From the IMG/VR virus record IMGVR_UViG_2671180842_000004: a stretch of 64,000 nucleotides of DNA. One strand, written 5' to 3'. The position numbers and the translations under genes are program-made. The notes below the pieces were generated by a model that saw only the letters and a list, made by a program, of their open reading frames with translations, did no database searches and was not told where the DNA came from. Shown here piece after piece: positions 49,421 through 59,883 of the stretch. Numbering within the stretch: position 1 is the stretch's first letter; each line of letters opens with the position of its first letter. This stretch comes from an uncultured virus (IMG/VR IMGVR_UViG_2671180842_000004) (Duplodnaviria > Heunggongvirae > Uroviricota > Caudoviricetes).

Positions 49421-51979
49421 TTACGCAGTTATAAATCTTCCTTGTGCTCGAGATCCTGTCTGCATCAAATTGTATAACTCCTGTGAAATCTTCCGAATAT
49501 CGTCTTCACTTCGAACAATCATCTGCTGTATCGTAATTAATGACCCTCCAATTGTTCCATATCCGCTACTAAAACCGGCTCCATTCATATTCAGATTAGG
49601 GTTAATGTCAAAATCAGTAGGGATAGCGTTTTGCATATCCTGGCTAACACTATTCATGGCTTTTTCAAAACCGACACCAATACCCTCTCCCATGTTTTCG
49701 CCAATTCCAGCAAACAATGTAGATGGCGATCGAATTCCAAAGAATTTTTTTATTTTATCTACTACACCACCAAAAAAACCTGAGATTTTATCCCAAAGCC
49801 AGGCTCCGGCATCTGAAATACCCTGCCACAAACCTTTGATTAAATTGGTCCCAACCTGGGCAATTTGCCAAATAGATCCTGTAAAACCTTTAACCAGTGC
49901 CGCAATAATTTGTGGCACTGCTTTAACAACCTCTACTATAATTGCTGGAAGGTTCTTAATCAGCGAAACCAACAGCATGATTCCTGCTTGAATGATCTGT
50001 GGTATGCTGCCAATAATAGCATTCACAAGGGAGGATACAATCTTTGGTATAGCGGTAATAACTGTTGTAATAATTAGTGGTAGATTTTGAATCAGTGCCA
50101 CTAGCAGTTGAACCCCAGCATCAATAAGCTGTGGGATTGAGCCCAAAATCGCTGTGATTAATCCGTCAACAATCTGAGGAATTGCTTCTACAATGGCGGT
50201 AATGATTTCTGGCAAAGCACCAATTAAAGATGTCAGAAGCTGAATACCAGCCTCGATTATTTGAGGTATTGCGCCTATAACAAAATCTACTATGCCAGTA
50301 ATAATGGCTGGCAAAGCCGCGATCAGCACTGGAAGGGCATCTAAAATACCTTGAGTTAATCCAAGTACAAGTTGCAGAGCTGCTTCTAAAACCATAGGAA
50401 GGTTATCCAAAAGCCCCTGTACGATTTGTACCACCGCTGAAACTGCAGCGGGAATTAACTGTGGCAGAGCTTCTGCAATTCCACTTATTATGGTGCCAAT
50501 CATTTGAATACCTGCTGTAATTAGCGCTGGAAGTGTTTCAATGATTCCATTGACTAATGTCATCAGTAGCATGACTGCGGCTTCTGTTATTTGCGGTAGT
50601 GCAGAGGTAAGCCCTTGAACCAGAGAAATAATAATCTGCGAAGCAATATCTACTACAATTGGCAACTGCTCAGATATAAACTGAACTGCTTCCTCTAAGA
50701 TTCCTCCAAAAGCATCAATTAAGCCTTGAACACCGTCTTTTTCAAATGCTCCAGACAATTCATCGACCCAACCATTAACCATGGGAAGAACGGTACCGGA
50801 AAGCATAGTTGTTAAACCTTCAGCAAGTTGGCCCTTCAATGAAGCAACACCATCTTCGAGAGTTGCCATCTGCCCAGAAAAGGTTTTTGACTGAGCTTCC
50901 ATTGACCCATAGAAACGCCCACCTTCCGATGTAGCTGAGGCAAACGCTTCTGCGACCATATCTGCAGATATTGCCCCTTTGGACATTTCATCCTTAAGTT
51001 CACCAATGGATTTTCCTGTCTTACGCGAGATCTCCTCTAGTGGGTTAAATCCTGCATTAATCATTTGCATCAAGTCCTGTCCGGTTAACTTACCAGTAGA
51101 GGACATTTGTGCAAATGCCAGTGTCAGGCTTTTGAACTTCTCGGCATCTCCCTGAGATATATCACCCAGCTGCTTCATGCGTTTTTGAGCTTCTTCTGCA
51201 GACATACCAAAGCTCATAAGGGTTTGAGCTGATTGGGCAAGATCCTGCATTCCAAATGGTGTAGCTGCTGCTTCTTTTTTCAGATCATTAACCAGCTTTT
51301 GAGCTTTAGCCTCATCACCAAGCATGGTGGTAAAGGAAGCTGTGTAGTTTTCCATTTGAGCGTTGTACTCAACGCCATCTTTCATAGCGCCTATAAAGGC
51401 TTTTCCAATTCCCGCAATGGCTGAGCCTAAAGCTTTTACCCCACCAATTATGGCTTCTGATAACAAATTTGCTTTAAGTACATCTCCAAAAACAGAGGTT
51501 TTCTTGCTAGCATCATCCATTTCATCGCCAACATCATCAACATTATCTGCAAGTTCATTGGCTGCATCAGCGGCATCTTCCATGTTATCAGCACTGTCAT
51601 CTGTGGCGTCGGCATGGTCTCGTAGCGCTTTATGGTTATTTTCAAGTTCCCGCTCCATGCCATTAAGTTCAGCCAATGCTTTATTTAGTTGAATCTGCCA
51701 GTTTTGGGTTCTACGATCGTTTTCTCCAAAAGAAGTAGAGGCGTTATCTAGGGCAGCACGTAGTGTCTCTATTTTTTCTTTTTGTGCATCAATGGATTTT
51801 TCTAATACTTCATTTCTTGCAGTTAAGGCTTGGATGGATTTATCGTTTTTATTAAACTGGGAACTGACTAGAGCCATCTCACTACCTAATACTTTAAATG
51901 CTTGGTTAATGTCACGAAGTGCATTTTTGAATTCCTTTTCGCCTTCCACTCCGATTTTTAAACCAAAATTATCTGCCAA
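49421..51979 (-). CDS. Tape measure protein
   Basis: GLKIGVEGEKEFK start, AAATPF/LGDISQG/QMSSTGKL tape-measure domain, LPQII..G..L repeats and FFGIRSPS. Confidence 0.93.
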   Translation of the reverse strand: MADNFGLKIGVEGEKEFKNALRDINQAFKVLGSEMALVSSQFNKNDKSIQALTARNEVLEKSIDAQKEKIETLRAALDNASTSFGENDRRTQNWQIQLNKALAELNGMERELENNHKALRDHADATDDSADNMEDAADAANELADNVDDVGDEMDDASKKTSVFGDVLKANLLSEAIIGGVKALGSAIAGIGKAFIGAMKDGVEYNAQMENYTASFTTMLGDEAKAQKLVNDLKKEAAATPFGMQDLAQSAQTLMSFGMSAEEAQKRMKQLGDISQGDAEKFKSLTLAFAQMSSTGKLTGQDLMQMINAGFNPLEEISRKTGKSIGELKDEMSKGAISADMVAEAFASATSEGGRFYGSMEAQSKTFSGQMATLEDGVASLKGQLAEGLTTMLSGTVLPMVNGWVDELSGAFEKDGVQGLIDAFGGILEEAVQFISEQLPIVVDIASQIIISLVQGLTSALPQITEAAVMLLMTLVNGIIETLPALITAGIQMIGTIISGIAEALPQLIPAAVSAVVQIVQGLLDNLPMVLEAALQLVLGLTQGILDALPVLIAALPAIITGIVDFVIGAIPQIIEAGIQLLTSLIGALPEIITAIVEAIPQIVDGLITAILGSIPQLIDAGVQLLVALIQNLPLIITTVITAIPKIVSSLVNAIIGSIPQIIQAGIMLLVSLIKNLPAIIVEVVKAVPQIIAALVKGFTGSIWQIAQVGTNLIKGLWQGISDAGAWLWDKISGFFGGVVDKIKKFFGIRSPSTLFAGIGENMGEGIGVGFEKAMNSVSQDMQNAIPTDFDINPNLNMNGAGFSSGYGTIGGSLITIQQMIVRSEDDIRKISQELYNLMQTGSRAQGRFITA

Positions 51980-52006
51980 GATTACCGCCTCCTTTCTTTT
52001 GAAAGA

Positions 52007-52578
52007 TCAAATACCATAAGGAATAATGTCATCGATGTAAATCTTCCGTTTTGGTTTGGACATTCCAAGAAACTGCTTATGGCACTCCCATAAATCCATA
52101 AGCAAGCCAATAGGTGTAAGCCATGTTTCCTCTTCGGTACGATTTAAATGAACTGTCCCGTAATATAAAAGCCGGGTAAAGAGTTCATTCTCGTTTACCC
52201 GGTTTAAACGTTTTTTGAGTCATCTTCAGATTCTACATTTCTCTTGGTTCCCTTAAACATTGCTTCTGTCAAAGCATTCTTATAAGTAGCTAGTTCCAAA
52301 GGAGATGTGAGAAGTTCAACTTCTTCTTGAGTAAGCAGCGGCTTTTTGTTATCTGGATTTCGAAGGTTGTGAATGAGTAGGCTCTGATTGGCCATTAAAG
52401 TTATCAGCCAGACTATTTCATCCAGTGCCATTTCGAAGTTCTCAGACTTCAGTAATTTCTCACCCAAATTTTCAAGACCGCCATATCTCCCAGCAATTTC
52501 TTTTGTGGCTTTAGTGGTAAGAATAAGCTCATACTCCTGCCCGCCAATATTGATCTTTGCACTTCTTTCGTTATCCAT
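52007..52578 (-). CDS. Tail assembly chaperone G (52204-52578) with -1 frameshift extension GT to 52007
   Basis: Slippery A AAA AAC at 52210-52216 and hairpin at 52172-52202. The -1 frame reads RLNRVNENELFTRLLYYG...IDDIIPYGI*. Confidence 0.85.
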
Positions 52579-52590
52579 TCCAATCCCCCC

Positions 52591-53193
52591 TTATTCTCCA
52601 CTTCCGCCAGAAGCAGCAAATGTAGGCTCATACACTTCGCTATACCAACCATTAATAATTGCCTGGGTTACGCCCTCATCACCCTCGTTTACTTCTGCTT
52701 TCCATGGATGCTTACCCTGACCATCCAGCTTATTTCTACGAAGTACTGTTCCTTCAATGGTCGGAGTTGAGAAAGTAATACTATCACCTTTGGTCGCCAA
52801 GTTTGTTGCAGGAATTCCAAACTTCACACGATACAGCCAAAAGTATCGGTATTTACCGTTTGCCTTTTGTGCTCTAAAGCCAATTGCAACAGGAGCCCCG
52901 CCATCCTCACTGGTTGAAATGAGTACATGGTTGTCATCAATGGTTGCTCCTGTTAAATCTCCTGCAGCTGTTACCCCTATATCATCAATACCGAGAGTAA
53001 GGGTACCACTTTTAAATTCTTTGACAATTTCAGCGGCACCATCATCGGCATAAAGAGTGGCCTCAGCAAGCTCAACGGAAAGTTCTGCACTGATTGCTTT
53101 TGCTAGCGGCATCGGTGTATCATAGGTTTCATCACCGTTGTCATCTTCGGTGATTTTTGCATAATAAAGTCTATCCAGACCGATTGTAGCCAT
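52591..53193 (-). CDS. Major tail protein (phi13 family)
   Basis: IGLDRLYYAKI...LYADDG...VAIGFRA...WLYRVKF. Confidence 0.92.
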   Translation of the reverse strand: MATIGLDRLYYAKITEDDNGDETYDTPMPLAKAISAELSVELAEATLYADDGAAEIVKEFKSGTLTLGIDDIGVTAAGDLTGATIDDNHVLISTSEDGGAPVAIGFRAQKANGKYRYFWLYRVKFGIPATNLATKGDSITFSTPTIEGTVLRRNKLDGQGKHPWKAEVNEGDEGVTQAIINGWYSEVYEPTFAASGGSGE

Positions 53194-53196
53194 GTT

Positions 53197-53550
53197 TTAT
53201 TCCTCCTTTTCCAATTGAAATTCATATGGTTTAGCCACATCTATGGCATAATGGTGATAATCGGTATCATCCTCATGTCCGATGTATCGACGATCCGTTA
53301 TCGTAAAATCCGCACCTAGAAGAGTGCGGACAATGGCATTTTTTATAGCTGTATAACTGCCTTTCACAAATAAGGAAAGTCTGGCTTCCTGTACTTCATA
53401 TCCCGGTGTGTTATCTGCATGAACCTCAAACAAATCAATAAGAGGTGTAATCACAAGATAAGTATCAGGAGGAACACCAGAAAATCTTCCTGTTTCTACC
53501 GGGATACCGCACAAATCTGCTATGAGATTAAGTTCATTTAATATACTCAT
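53197..53550 (-). CDS. Tail completion/terminator protein
   Basis: Position before the major tail gene; size and YHHYAIDV end. Confidence 0.7.
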   Translation of the reverse strand: MSILNELNLIADLCGIPVETGRFSGVPPDTYLVITPLIDLFEVHADNTPGYEVQEARLSLFVKGSYTAIKNAIVRTLLGADFTITDRRYIGHEDDTDYHHYAIDVAKPYEFQLEKEE

Positions 53551-53978
53551 AAGTTTTCGACCTCCTGCTCAAACCTCTTCTTCATAGCGTCAATACATGC
53601 TTTTCTTGAAGCCCTTCTTGCAGGCTTTAAAAATGGTTTTGGAGGCTGACCCGATTTTCCGTATTCGATGATATTGGCAATCTTAGCGTTACTTTCGCCG
53701 CTTCTTCGTGGCTCCTTAAAACCTATCTTCACGTTGAAATTGCCATTTCGGTCCACTTTAGCAGGAGAGAGACCCAACGAACTAATAAGCTCACCTGTAG
53801 ACCGACTTTTTTCTTTTGTTCCGCTACCAACTACAGCTTGCAAATTAGATCTAACCTTTTCCAAAACGATTTCCCCGCCTGACTCAAGTACCTTTGGGAT
53901 GATTTCATCCGTCTTATCGCCAAGCTTTGAAAGCTTTAAAAGAAAATCCTCAGGTATTTTTACTTGTACCTTAGCCAC
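53547..53978 (-). CDS. HK97 gp10-family neck protein
   Basis: STGEL..S...IEYG.S.QPPKPFLKPA. Confidence 0.88.
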   Translation of the reverse strand: MAKVQVKIPEDFLLKLSKLGDKTDEIIPKVLESGGEIVLEKVRSNLQAVVGSGTKEKSRSTGELISSLGLSPAKVDRNGNFNVKIGFKEPRRSGESNAKIANIIEYGKSGQPPKPFLKPARRASRKACIDAMKKRFEQEVENL

Positions 53979-54306
53979 TTGACCCCACCACCTTTTTTGC
54001 CAAGGCTTCAATATACATGCCTCGACCTTTTACATCTTCAACATTTGTAATCTCATAGCGGCCATCATTACACACAATCACCATATTGGTAGATACCTCA
54101 ACATCAGGTATCCTACGAAAACGAAACAGCGCAGTTGCTTCAGAAAATGCCGCTCGGTTAGTCCACTTTTCATTTCCATGACGATCTTCCTTATAAGCAC
54201 GAACGGAAGCGAGGATGGTGTCCTTAGATTTACCAAAGCCTTCACTGTCTTTCGTTCTTTCAACAGAAATGAGATCGATAAAGGTATTCATTTTTCCAAA
54301 ACTCAT
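53971..54306 (-). CDS. Head-tail adaptor (head closure) protein
   Basis: MSFGKMNTFI...RYEITNVEDVKGRGMYIE. Confidence 0.85.
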   Translation of the reverse strand: MSFGKMNTFIDLISVERTKDSEGFGKSKDTILASVRAYKEDRHGNEKWTNRAAFSEATALFRFRRIPDVEVSTNMVIVCNDGRYEITNVEDVKGRGMYIEALAKKVVGSSG

Positions 54307-54309
54307 ACT

Positions 54310-54627
54310 CTACACCTTCCAATCCCGGTCAAGCCTGAGCAGTAAATTTACAGTGTTCCAAACCTGCTGGCCAGCCTGCACGTTATCAGCAAAAAAGCCG
54401 CCAGTGCTACCATCCCTACTTTCATAGAAGTGAGATGACAGCATAATGACGGCCTGCTCGGTAGTTGGCGGCATTGTGTTCTCATTATAATGACCTTCCG
54501 GTACATGCTGGTAACTCTCGGCATATGCGATAGCGGTGGTGATGTACATCTGAAGAAGTTCATCATCGCGATCGTGCTCAAGAATTAGATTTGCTTTAAC
54601 TTTTTCTAAAAGTGTCATCACCATCAC
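54310..54627 (-). CDS. Head-tail connector (gp6-like)
   Basis: LEKVKANL....DDELL...QAVIMLSSHFYESR. Confidence 0.88.
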   Translation of the reverse strand: MMVMTLLEKVKANLILEHDRDDELLQMYITTAIAYAESYQHVPEGHYNENTMPPTTEQAVIMLSSHFYESRDGSTGGFFADNVQAGQQVWNTVNLLLRLDRDWKV

Positions 54628-54635
54628 TATCCTTT

Positions 54636-54863
54636 CTAAGGTGTATCTCCATTCATGATTCCTGCAGTTTTCAGCTTACTGAGCAAGGCATTAAAGTCCG
54701 TCACTAGAGCTTCTACAGTATCCGCAGTGCTTGCCGGTTGATTTTCAAGAACAGGGAGCCCAGTTACTTTGGCTCCCTCTTCAATGACAAGTTCTCCACC
54801 AATAACGGTTTTTTCTCCACCTTGTTCGGTGTAGTTCTTTGCGTTATAGCTCATCATTTGCAC
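54636..54863 (-). CDS. Head fibre/decoration-like small protein
   Basis: NQPASTA.TVEALVTDFNALLSKLKTAG motif; follows capsid. Confidence 0.7.
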   Translation of the reverse strand: MQMMSYNAKNYTEQGGEKTVIGGELVIEEGAKVTGLPVLENQPASTADTVEALVTDFNALLSKLKTAGIMNGDTP

Positions 54864-54869
54864 CTCCCA

Positions 54870-56075
54870 TTAAGCTTTCTGCTGAAGAACTTTGATGGCT
54901 TCAGGTAAAATGAGCTTTCCATCTACACGCTGGCTCGCAAGGAAACCAACCTGCCCAGTAGTTGCAAAAAGCTCGTTTAAACGTTTGAAAGAACGCCCCT
55001 GTCTGTCAGCAATCCAATAGTATCCGAAATCACCGAAGGCAATCGTCTTTGCTCCAGCTTCAATAATAGGAGCATAAGCAGAAGTGTAAACCGGACGATT
55101 CAGCAACGTATCTGGAGTACCTGCTGTTAAAGAAGGCTGCCACAGATATTGACCTTGACCGTCTTTCAGTTTACGGATTGCTTTTACTGTTGCATCATTC
55201 ATCAGGAATACTGCGTTCTTTCTGTAAGGAGCCTTCAGGGAATAAACAAGATCGATAATCTCATCTGCAGTAATGGCAGTTGCAGACCCGGCTGTCACTC
55301 CAAGCTGTGCACCACCAGTAGCGTTGAAAATTCCTGTAGGTTTTCCATCTCCGTCTCCAACTAAAAAAGCTTCTTCTTCCTTAGCACCGATTCTACGGGC
55401 AAATTCAGTGGAGATATAATTCTCCAGATCAAATACACTGTCATTGAGAAGTTCATCAGAAACTTTAATCATTGTACCCAGCTTATAGGCACCGATAGAT
55501 GTCTGGCCAAATACAGAATCACTCTCATCAAACTCCTCACCTTCATCAAGCCAAGCCGCTGTACCCTTTGTCACCACAACCGGGATTTTACGATCACCGC
55601 TTGAAGTCTGAATAATTTTTGCCAGTTTACGGAATACATTCTCTTCCTCAAGGGTTTGAACTAGGGTACGCTCAAATTCATCAGGAACAAGATATCCTCC
55701 CTCTGAATCAGTGCCTACAGACAAAGCATTTAGCACATCATGGCGAGGAGTTTTGCTACGCATTACGTTCCAGAATGCCTTTCTGTACTCATCACTGGCT
55801 CTTCCGGTCTTTGTATCCATCCCCGGAATAGCTGGTTTTTCGGTAAGAGGTGTGTTTACAGGCTTATTAAGCTCTGCTTCAAGAGCTTCTTGGCGCTCCA
55901 GCCTTGCGATTTCCTTACCCAAATTAATAATATCTGCTTCCATTTTGTCGTAGGTTGCGGCATCCTCTGCGGACACAAGTCCATCACTACCACGCTTTGA
56001 ATCAAGAAATGCCTTTGCTGCTTCCCATGCTTTTGCGCGCTTTTCACGCAGTTCAAGAATTTTACTCATTTTCAT
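54870..56075 (-). CDS. Major capsid protein (HK97 fold)
   Basis: Coiled delta domain, GGYLVPDEF, VSDELLNDS, LKDGQGQYLWQP and RVDG. Confidence 0.95.
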   Translation of the reverse strand: MKMSKILELREKRAKAWEAAKAFLDSKRGSDGLVSAEDAATYDKMEADIINLGKEIARLERQEALEAELNKPVNTPLTEKPAIPGMDTKTGRASDEYRKAFWNVMRSKTPRHDVLNALSVGTDSEGGYLVPDEFERTLVQTLEEENVFRKLAKIIQTSSGDRKIPVVVTKGTAAWLDEGEEFDESDSVFGQTSIGAYKLGTMIKVSDELLNDSVFDLENYISTEFARRIGAKEEEAFLVGDGDGKPTGIFNATGGAQLGVTAGSATAITADEIIDLVYSLKAPYRKNAVFLMNDATVKAIRKLKDGQGQYLWQPSLTAGTPDTLLNRPVYTSAYAPIIEAGAKTIAFGDFGYYWIADRQGRSFKRLNELFATTGQVGFLASQRVDGKLILPEAIKVLQQKA

Positions 56076-56081
56076 TTCCTC

Positions 56082-56762
56082 CTAATATTTCAATAAATTA
56101 AGCCGCTCATAAAGCGACTTGACTGACTGTTTTACAACTGGTTTTTGAAGCTTATTCATTAGTGAATTGGTCACTGCTCTTCTGCTAAAGACAAAGCTAT
56201 CTTGTAGTGCACTCTCTCCTGGTTTGAACATAATGTTATCTGCAAAACCAAGCTCGACTGCCTTATTGGCATTTAGCCAAGTTTCAGCATCCATCAGGTG
56301 AGATAACCTTGTTCTAGACAAACCGGTTTTAAGTTCATAAGCATTGATGATGCTTTCCTTAACTTCATCCAGCATCTGCATTGCCTTTTGCATCTCCTCG
56401 CTATCGCCAATGGCTATGGTGAAAGGATTATGGATCATCATCAGTGATGTTGGAGACATTAAAACTTCCGTACCTGCCATGGCAATGACTGAGGCGGCTG
56501 ATGCTGCAATGCCATCAATCTTTATGGTGACATTGCCTTTATAATCCATCAGCATGTTATAAATCTGTGATGCTGCGATACAATCACCACCAGGTGAATT
56601 AATCCAAACTACTATGTCACCCTCGCCACTCATTAACTCTGCTTTAAAAGCAGCAGGGGTAATATCATCATCAAACCAACTCTCCTCAGCAATTGCACCG
56701 TTTAGATAGAGGGTCCGTGACTGTGTATCTTCATCACGCACCCAATTCCAAAATTTCTTCAT
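56082..56762 (-). CDS. ClpP-like prohead protease
   Basis: INSPGG, GIAASAASVI, MIHNP and ETWL.A..AVELGFAD. Confidence 0.94.
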   Translation of the reverse strand: MKKFWNWVRDEDTQSRTLYLNGAIAEESWFDDDITPAAFKAELMSGEGDIVVWINSPGGDCIAASQIYNMLMDYKGNVTIKIDGIAASAASVIAMAGTEVLMSPTSLMMIHNPFTIAIGDSEEMQKAMQMLDEVKESIINAYELKTGLSRTRLSHLMDAETWLNANKAVELGFADNIMFKPGESALQDSFVFSRRAVTNSLMNKLQKPVVKQSVKSLYERLNLLKY

Positions 56763-58024
56763 TCATTTTTTCCCTCCATTCCTTCTTTATTTGCGAATAT
56801 GCCTGCGTCCGCAAGCTTGGTCATATTGCCATTGATTAGATATAAGTCCCCGCCAAGCTCAGGTGGGATTCGATCAAGGTTTTCTAGCTCCCTAATATCA
56901 TTGGCACTCATCCAACCATTCTGTCTCGCAGTTGCATACCCGTTCATTCGAGAGACATAATCACCTCGAAGCAGTCCATCCACATTAAACTTGGCAAAAT
57001 AGAGCTTCTTTTCATCTGGTCTTAAAAGTGATCGGCTGATGGCCTGTTCCCAACGAATCACCCAGGGGTCCAAAGTGTATTTCACAAACTCCAGTGACTG
57101 TTGCTCAATATTAGAAAAGCTCGATTTTTCCAAGTCCCCAACCATATGTGGAGGCACGCGGAAAATCCGAGCGATTTCATTAATCTGAAACTTTCTTGTC
57201 TCTAAAAACTGAGCTTGTTCTGGTGAGATACCAATAGGCTGATACTTCATCCCTTCCTCAAGCACTGCCACACGATGGGAGTTGCTGCTTCCTTGATAGG
57301 CGGCATTCCAGCTATCTCGCACCTTTTGTGGGTCTTTAATCGTTCCAGGATGCTCAAGTACACCTCCCGGAGCTGCTCCATTTGCGAAAAACTTAGCTCC
57401 ATATTCCTCACAGGCTATGGCCATACCAATGGCATTCTTAGCCATTGCAATCGGAGAATACCCTACTAGTCCATCAAATCCTAAGCCAGGAATATGAAGC
57501 ACTTCGCTTGGCCTTAGTGTGACCGTCATTCCATTCATCGTAGGTGCTTCATCGGAATATCTGGTATAGGTGTAATAAAGAGCACCACTGGAATCGCGGT
57601 CCACCGACATTCGATTTGGCATTAACGGATACAGTGCTATGACTTCACCTTTTCCATTTCGAATAATCTGTGCATAGGCATTGCCCCATAATAAAAGATG
57701 AGTCATCAACGTCTCTCGAAAAACGAAGGAACTCATCTCTGGGTTAGGTTCATCATGTAATAAAAAATACAGCGGATGAGAAAGAGCCTTTTCCTTACCA
57801 CCGCTTGCAGTGTATTTATATAGGTGTAGGGGGAGCCCTGCCACAGCCTCTGCAAGTATTCTTACGCATGAATAGACCGCTGTCATTTGCATTGCTGTAT
57901 GTTCGTTTACAGGCTTACCGCTGGTTGTTCCACCAAAAAAGAAGCTGTAATTGCTTCCTGTGGTTCGATTTTGCGGCTTATCACGCGCTTTGAAAATATT
58001 AGAAAACAATCCCATCTGCATCAC
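56759..58024 (-). CDS. Portal protein (HK97 family)
   Basis: AVYSCVRILAE, LLLWGNAY, AQFLETRKF and EIARIFRVPP. Confidence 0.95.
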   Translation of the reverse strand: MMQMGLFSNIFKARDKPQNRTTGSNYSFFFGGTTSGKPVNEHTAMQMTAVYSCVRILAEAVAGLPLHLYKYTASGGKEKALSHPLYFLLHDEPNPEMSSFVFRETLMTHLLLWGNAYAQIIRNGKGEVIALYPLMPNRMSVDRDSSGALYYTYTRYSDEAPTMNGMTVTLRPSEVLHIPGLGFDGLVGYSPIAMAKNAIGMAIACEEYGAKFFANGAAPGGVLEHPGTIKDPQKVRDSWNAAYQGSSNSHRVAVLEEGMKYQPIGISPEQAQFLETRKFQINEIARIFRVPPHMVGDLEKSSFSNIEQQSLEFVKYTLDPWVIRWEQAISRSLLRPDEKKLYFAKFNVDGLLRGDYVSRMNGYATARQNGWMSANDIRELENLDRIPPELGGDLYLINGNMTKLADAGIFANKEGMEGKNE

Positions 58025-58033
58025 TCTCCTTTG

Positions 58034-59641
58034 CTACAAAATAAGAAGCCCTCGACCGTCATAAACAGAGTTACCTGTTCCACCTTTGCGGATTGCTCGG
58101 TCAAGAGCCATAATGGTAGCGACTGCTCCATCTATTCTTTCAGTTGATTTTTCTTTATCCGGCTTGATATTTCCAGCAGGATCAGTACGAATAAAGATGT
58201 TATCCATCATCCATCGAAGCACCGGATGACCACCATGCGCCAGTTTCTCTTCCAAGGTAAGCTTCATAAGCTCCTTCGTTGGCGGACTCATATCTTTAAA
58301 ACCTTGACCGAAAGGAACTACTGTAAACCCAAGGTTCTCTAAGTTTTGTGTCATCTGTACAGCTCCCCACCGGTCAAAAGCAATTTCTCGAATGTTGTAC
58401 TTTAAGCCCAGCTCTTCGATAAAGTTTTCGATGTAACCATAATGCACCACGTTTCCTTCAGTGGTGTGTAAGAACCCCTGCTTCTCCCATACGTCATAGG
58501 GAACATGATCACGCTTTACCCTTTGGTCCATGTTATCTTCTGGAATCCAGAAAAAAGGGAGGATGATATATTTATCTCCCTCATACTCAGGAGGGAATAC
58601 AAGAACAAATGCTGTTATATCGGTTGTAGAGGATAAGTCCAAACCACCATAACACACACGCCCTGTAAGACTTTCTGGGTTTACAGTAAAAGCACATTTA
58701 TCCCACTTTTCCATAGGCATCCAGCGCACCGACTGTTTAACCCATTGATTCAAACGAAGCTGCCTGAATAGGTTCTCTTCGGCTGGATTTTGTTTTGCGC
58801 TTTCACAAGCAATATGAATTTTTTCTATATCAACGGTAATGCCCATTGAGGGGTTGGCTTTCGCCCACACCTCTGGATCGGTCCAGTCATCATTTTCATC
58901 TGCACCATAAATAACTGGATAAAATGTTGGATCAACCTTTCGTCCTTCTAGAATATCTTTAGCCTTTTGATGCACCTCGTAGCAAATAGAGTGAGTATCA
59001 TTTCCGGCAGTCGTAATTAAAAAATACAGCGGTTGCTTTCTTGCATCACCTGAGCCATGGGTCATGACATCAAAAAGCTGTCTATTGGGTTGCGCATGAA
59101 GTTCATCAAATACAACACCATGCACATTTAGTCCATGCTTGGTATACGCTTCTGCAGACAAAACTTGATAGAAACTACCTAGCGGTTTATAAACAAGTCG
59201 TTTTTGCGATAGTACCGGTTTAATTCTTGCTTTCAGAGCTGGACATTGTTCTACCATATCCACTGCTACATCAAAAACAATGGAAGCTTGCTGTCTGTCA
59301 GATGCACATCCGTATACTTCACCGCCATGCTCAAAATCACCACAGGTAAGCAGTAACGCAACCGCTGCTGCTAGCTCAGATTTACCTTGCTTTTTAGCGA
59401 TTTCGATATATGCCGTATTAAATTGACGGTAACCATTAGGCTTTATAATCCCAAACACATCGCGGATAATCTGTTCCTGCCAGTCAATAAGTTCAAATGG
59501 CTGCCCATACCATTCTCCCTTCGTATGTTTTAAGCAATTAATAAAAGACACCGCAATGTCTGCAGCGTCCTTATCATATACCGAACCATCTGCCTTAAAG
59601 ATGGTCGGCTTATATTTTTTTAGTTTACGTATGGCCGCCAC
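58034..59641 (-). CDS. terL: Terminase large subunit
   Basis: IAKKQGKS Walker A, VFDELH, ITTAG, GLDLS and RIDGAVA. Confidence 0.95.
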   Translation of the reverse strand: MAAIRKLKKYKPTIFKADGSVYDKDAADIAVSFINCLKHTKGEWYGQPFELIDWQEQIIRDVFGIIKPNGYRQFNTAYIEIAKKQGKSELAAAVALLLTCGDFEHGGEVYGCASDRQQASIVFDVAVDMVEQCPALKARIKPVLSQKRLVYKPLGSFYQVLSAEAYTKHGLNVHGVVFDELHAQPNRQLFDVMTHGSGDARKQPLYFLITTAGNDTHSICYEVHQKAKDILEGRKVDPTFYPVIYGADENDDWTDPEVWAKANPSMGITVDIEKIHIACESAKQNPAEENLFRQLRLNQWVKQSVRWMPMEKWDKCAFTVNPESLTGRVCYGGLDLSSTTDITAFVLVFPPEYEGDKYIILPFFWIPEDNMDQRVKRDHVPYDVWEKQGFLHTTEGNVVHYGYIENFIEELGLKYNIREIAFDRWGAVQMTQNLENLGFTVVPFGQGFKDMSPPTKELMKLTLEEKLAHGGHPVLRWMMDNIFIRTDPAGNIKPDKEKSTERIDGAVATIMALDRAIRKGGTGNSVYDGRGLLIL

Positions 59642-59656
59642 CTCCTTATGGCTACG

Positions 59657-59682
59657 AAAAAAGGAACCCCGCAGAGTTCCTT
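59657..59682 (-). terminator. Terminator between the amidoligase module and terL
   Basis: Minus strand AAGGAACTCTGCGGGGTTCCTTTTTT. Confidence 0.75.
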
Positions 59683-59697
59683 CAAAATTTGTTTAAG

Positions 59698-59883
59698 TTA
59701 TTCTGTTTTTTCTTCCCCCGTCAAAATGAAATGGACATATTCTCCTTTGTTCCTTTCAAGGTAATCTACTAGCTCCATATAACCTGCTCTTAAAGCAATA
59801 CTAGTCACAACCGGAAGATCAAACATATTCGTTTCACCTGTTTCTCGAATGGCAAATATTTGTTTCATAATTATCTCATTCAT
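59698..59883 (-). CDS. DUF5049-like small protein
   Basis: QIFAIRETGETNMFD...YVHFILTG. Confidence 0.75.
   Translation of the reverse strand: MNEIIMKQIFAIRETGETNMFDLPVVTSIALRAGYMELVDYLERNKGEYVHFILTGEEKTE

Noticed and set aside
49700..50700. Periodic repeats in the tape measure gene
   Set aside because: Ordinary amphipathic protein repeats of tape measure proteins, not a DNA array.
39669..58036. Phage-wide amber recoding, since several TAG stops are in frame with the next gene (terL-portal, ClpP-capsid, connector-adaptor, recombinase-small gene)
   Set aside because: TAA junctions are also often in frame here, downstream genes have their own RBS, and the core genes have normal lengths under the standard code.
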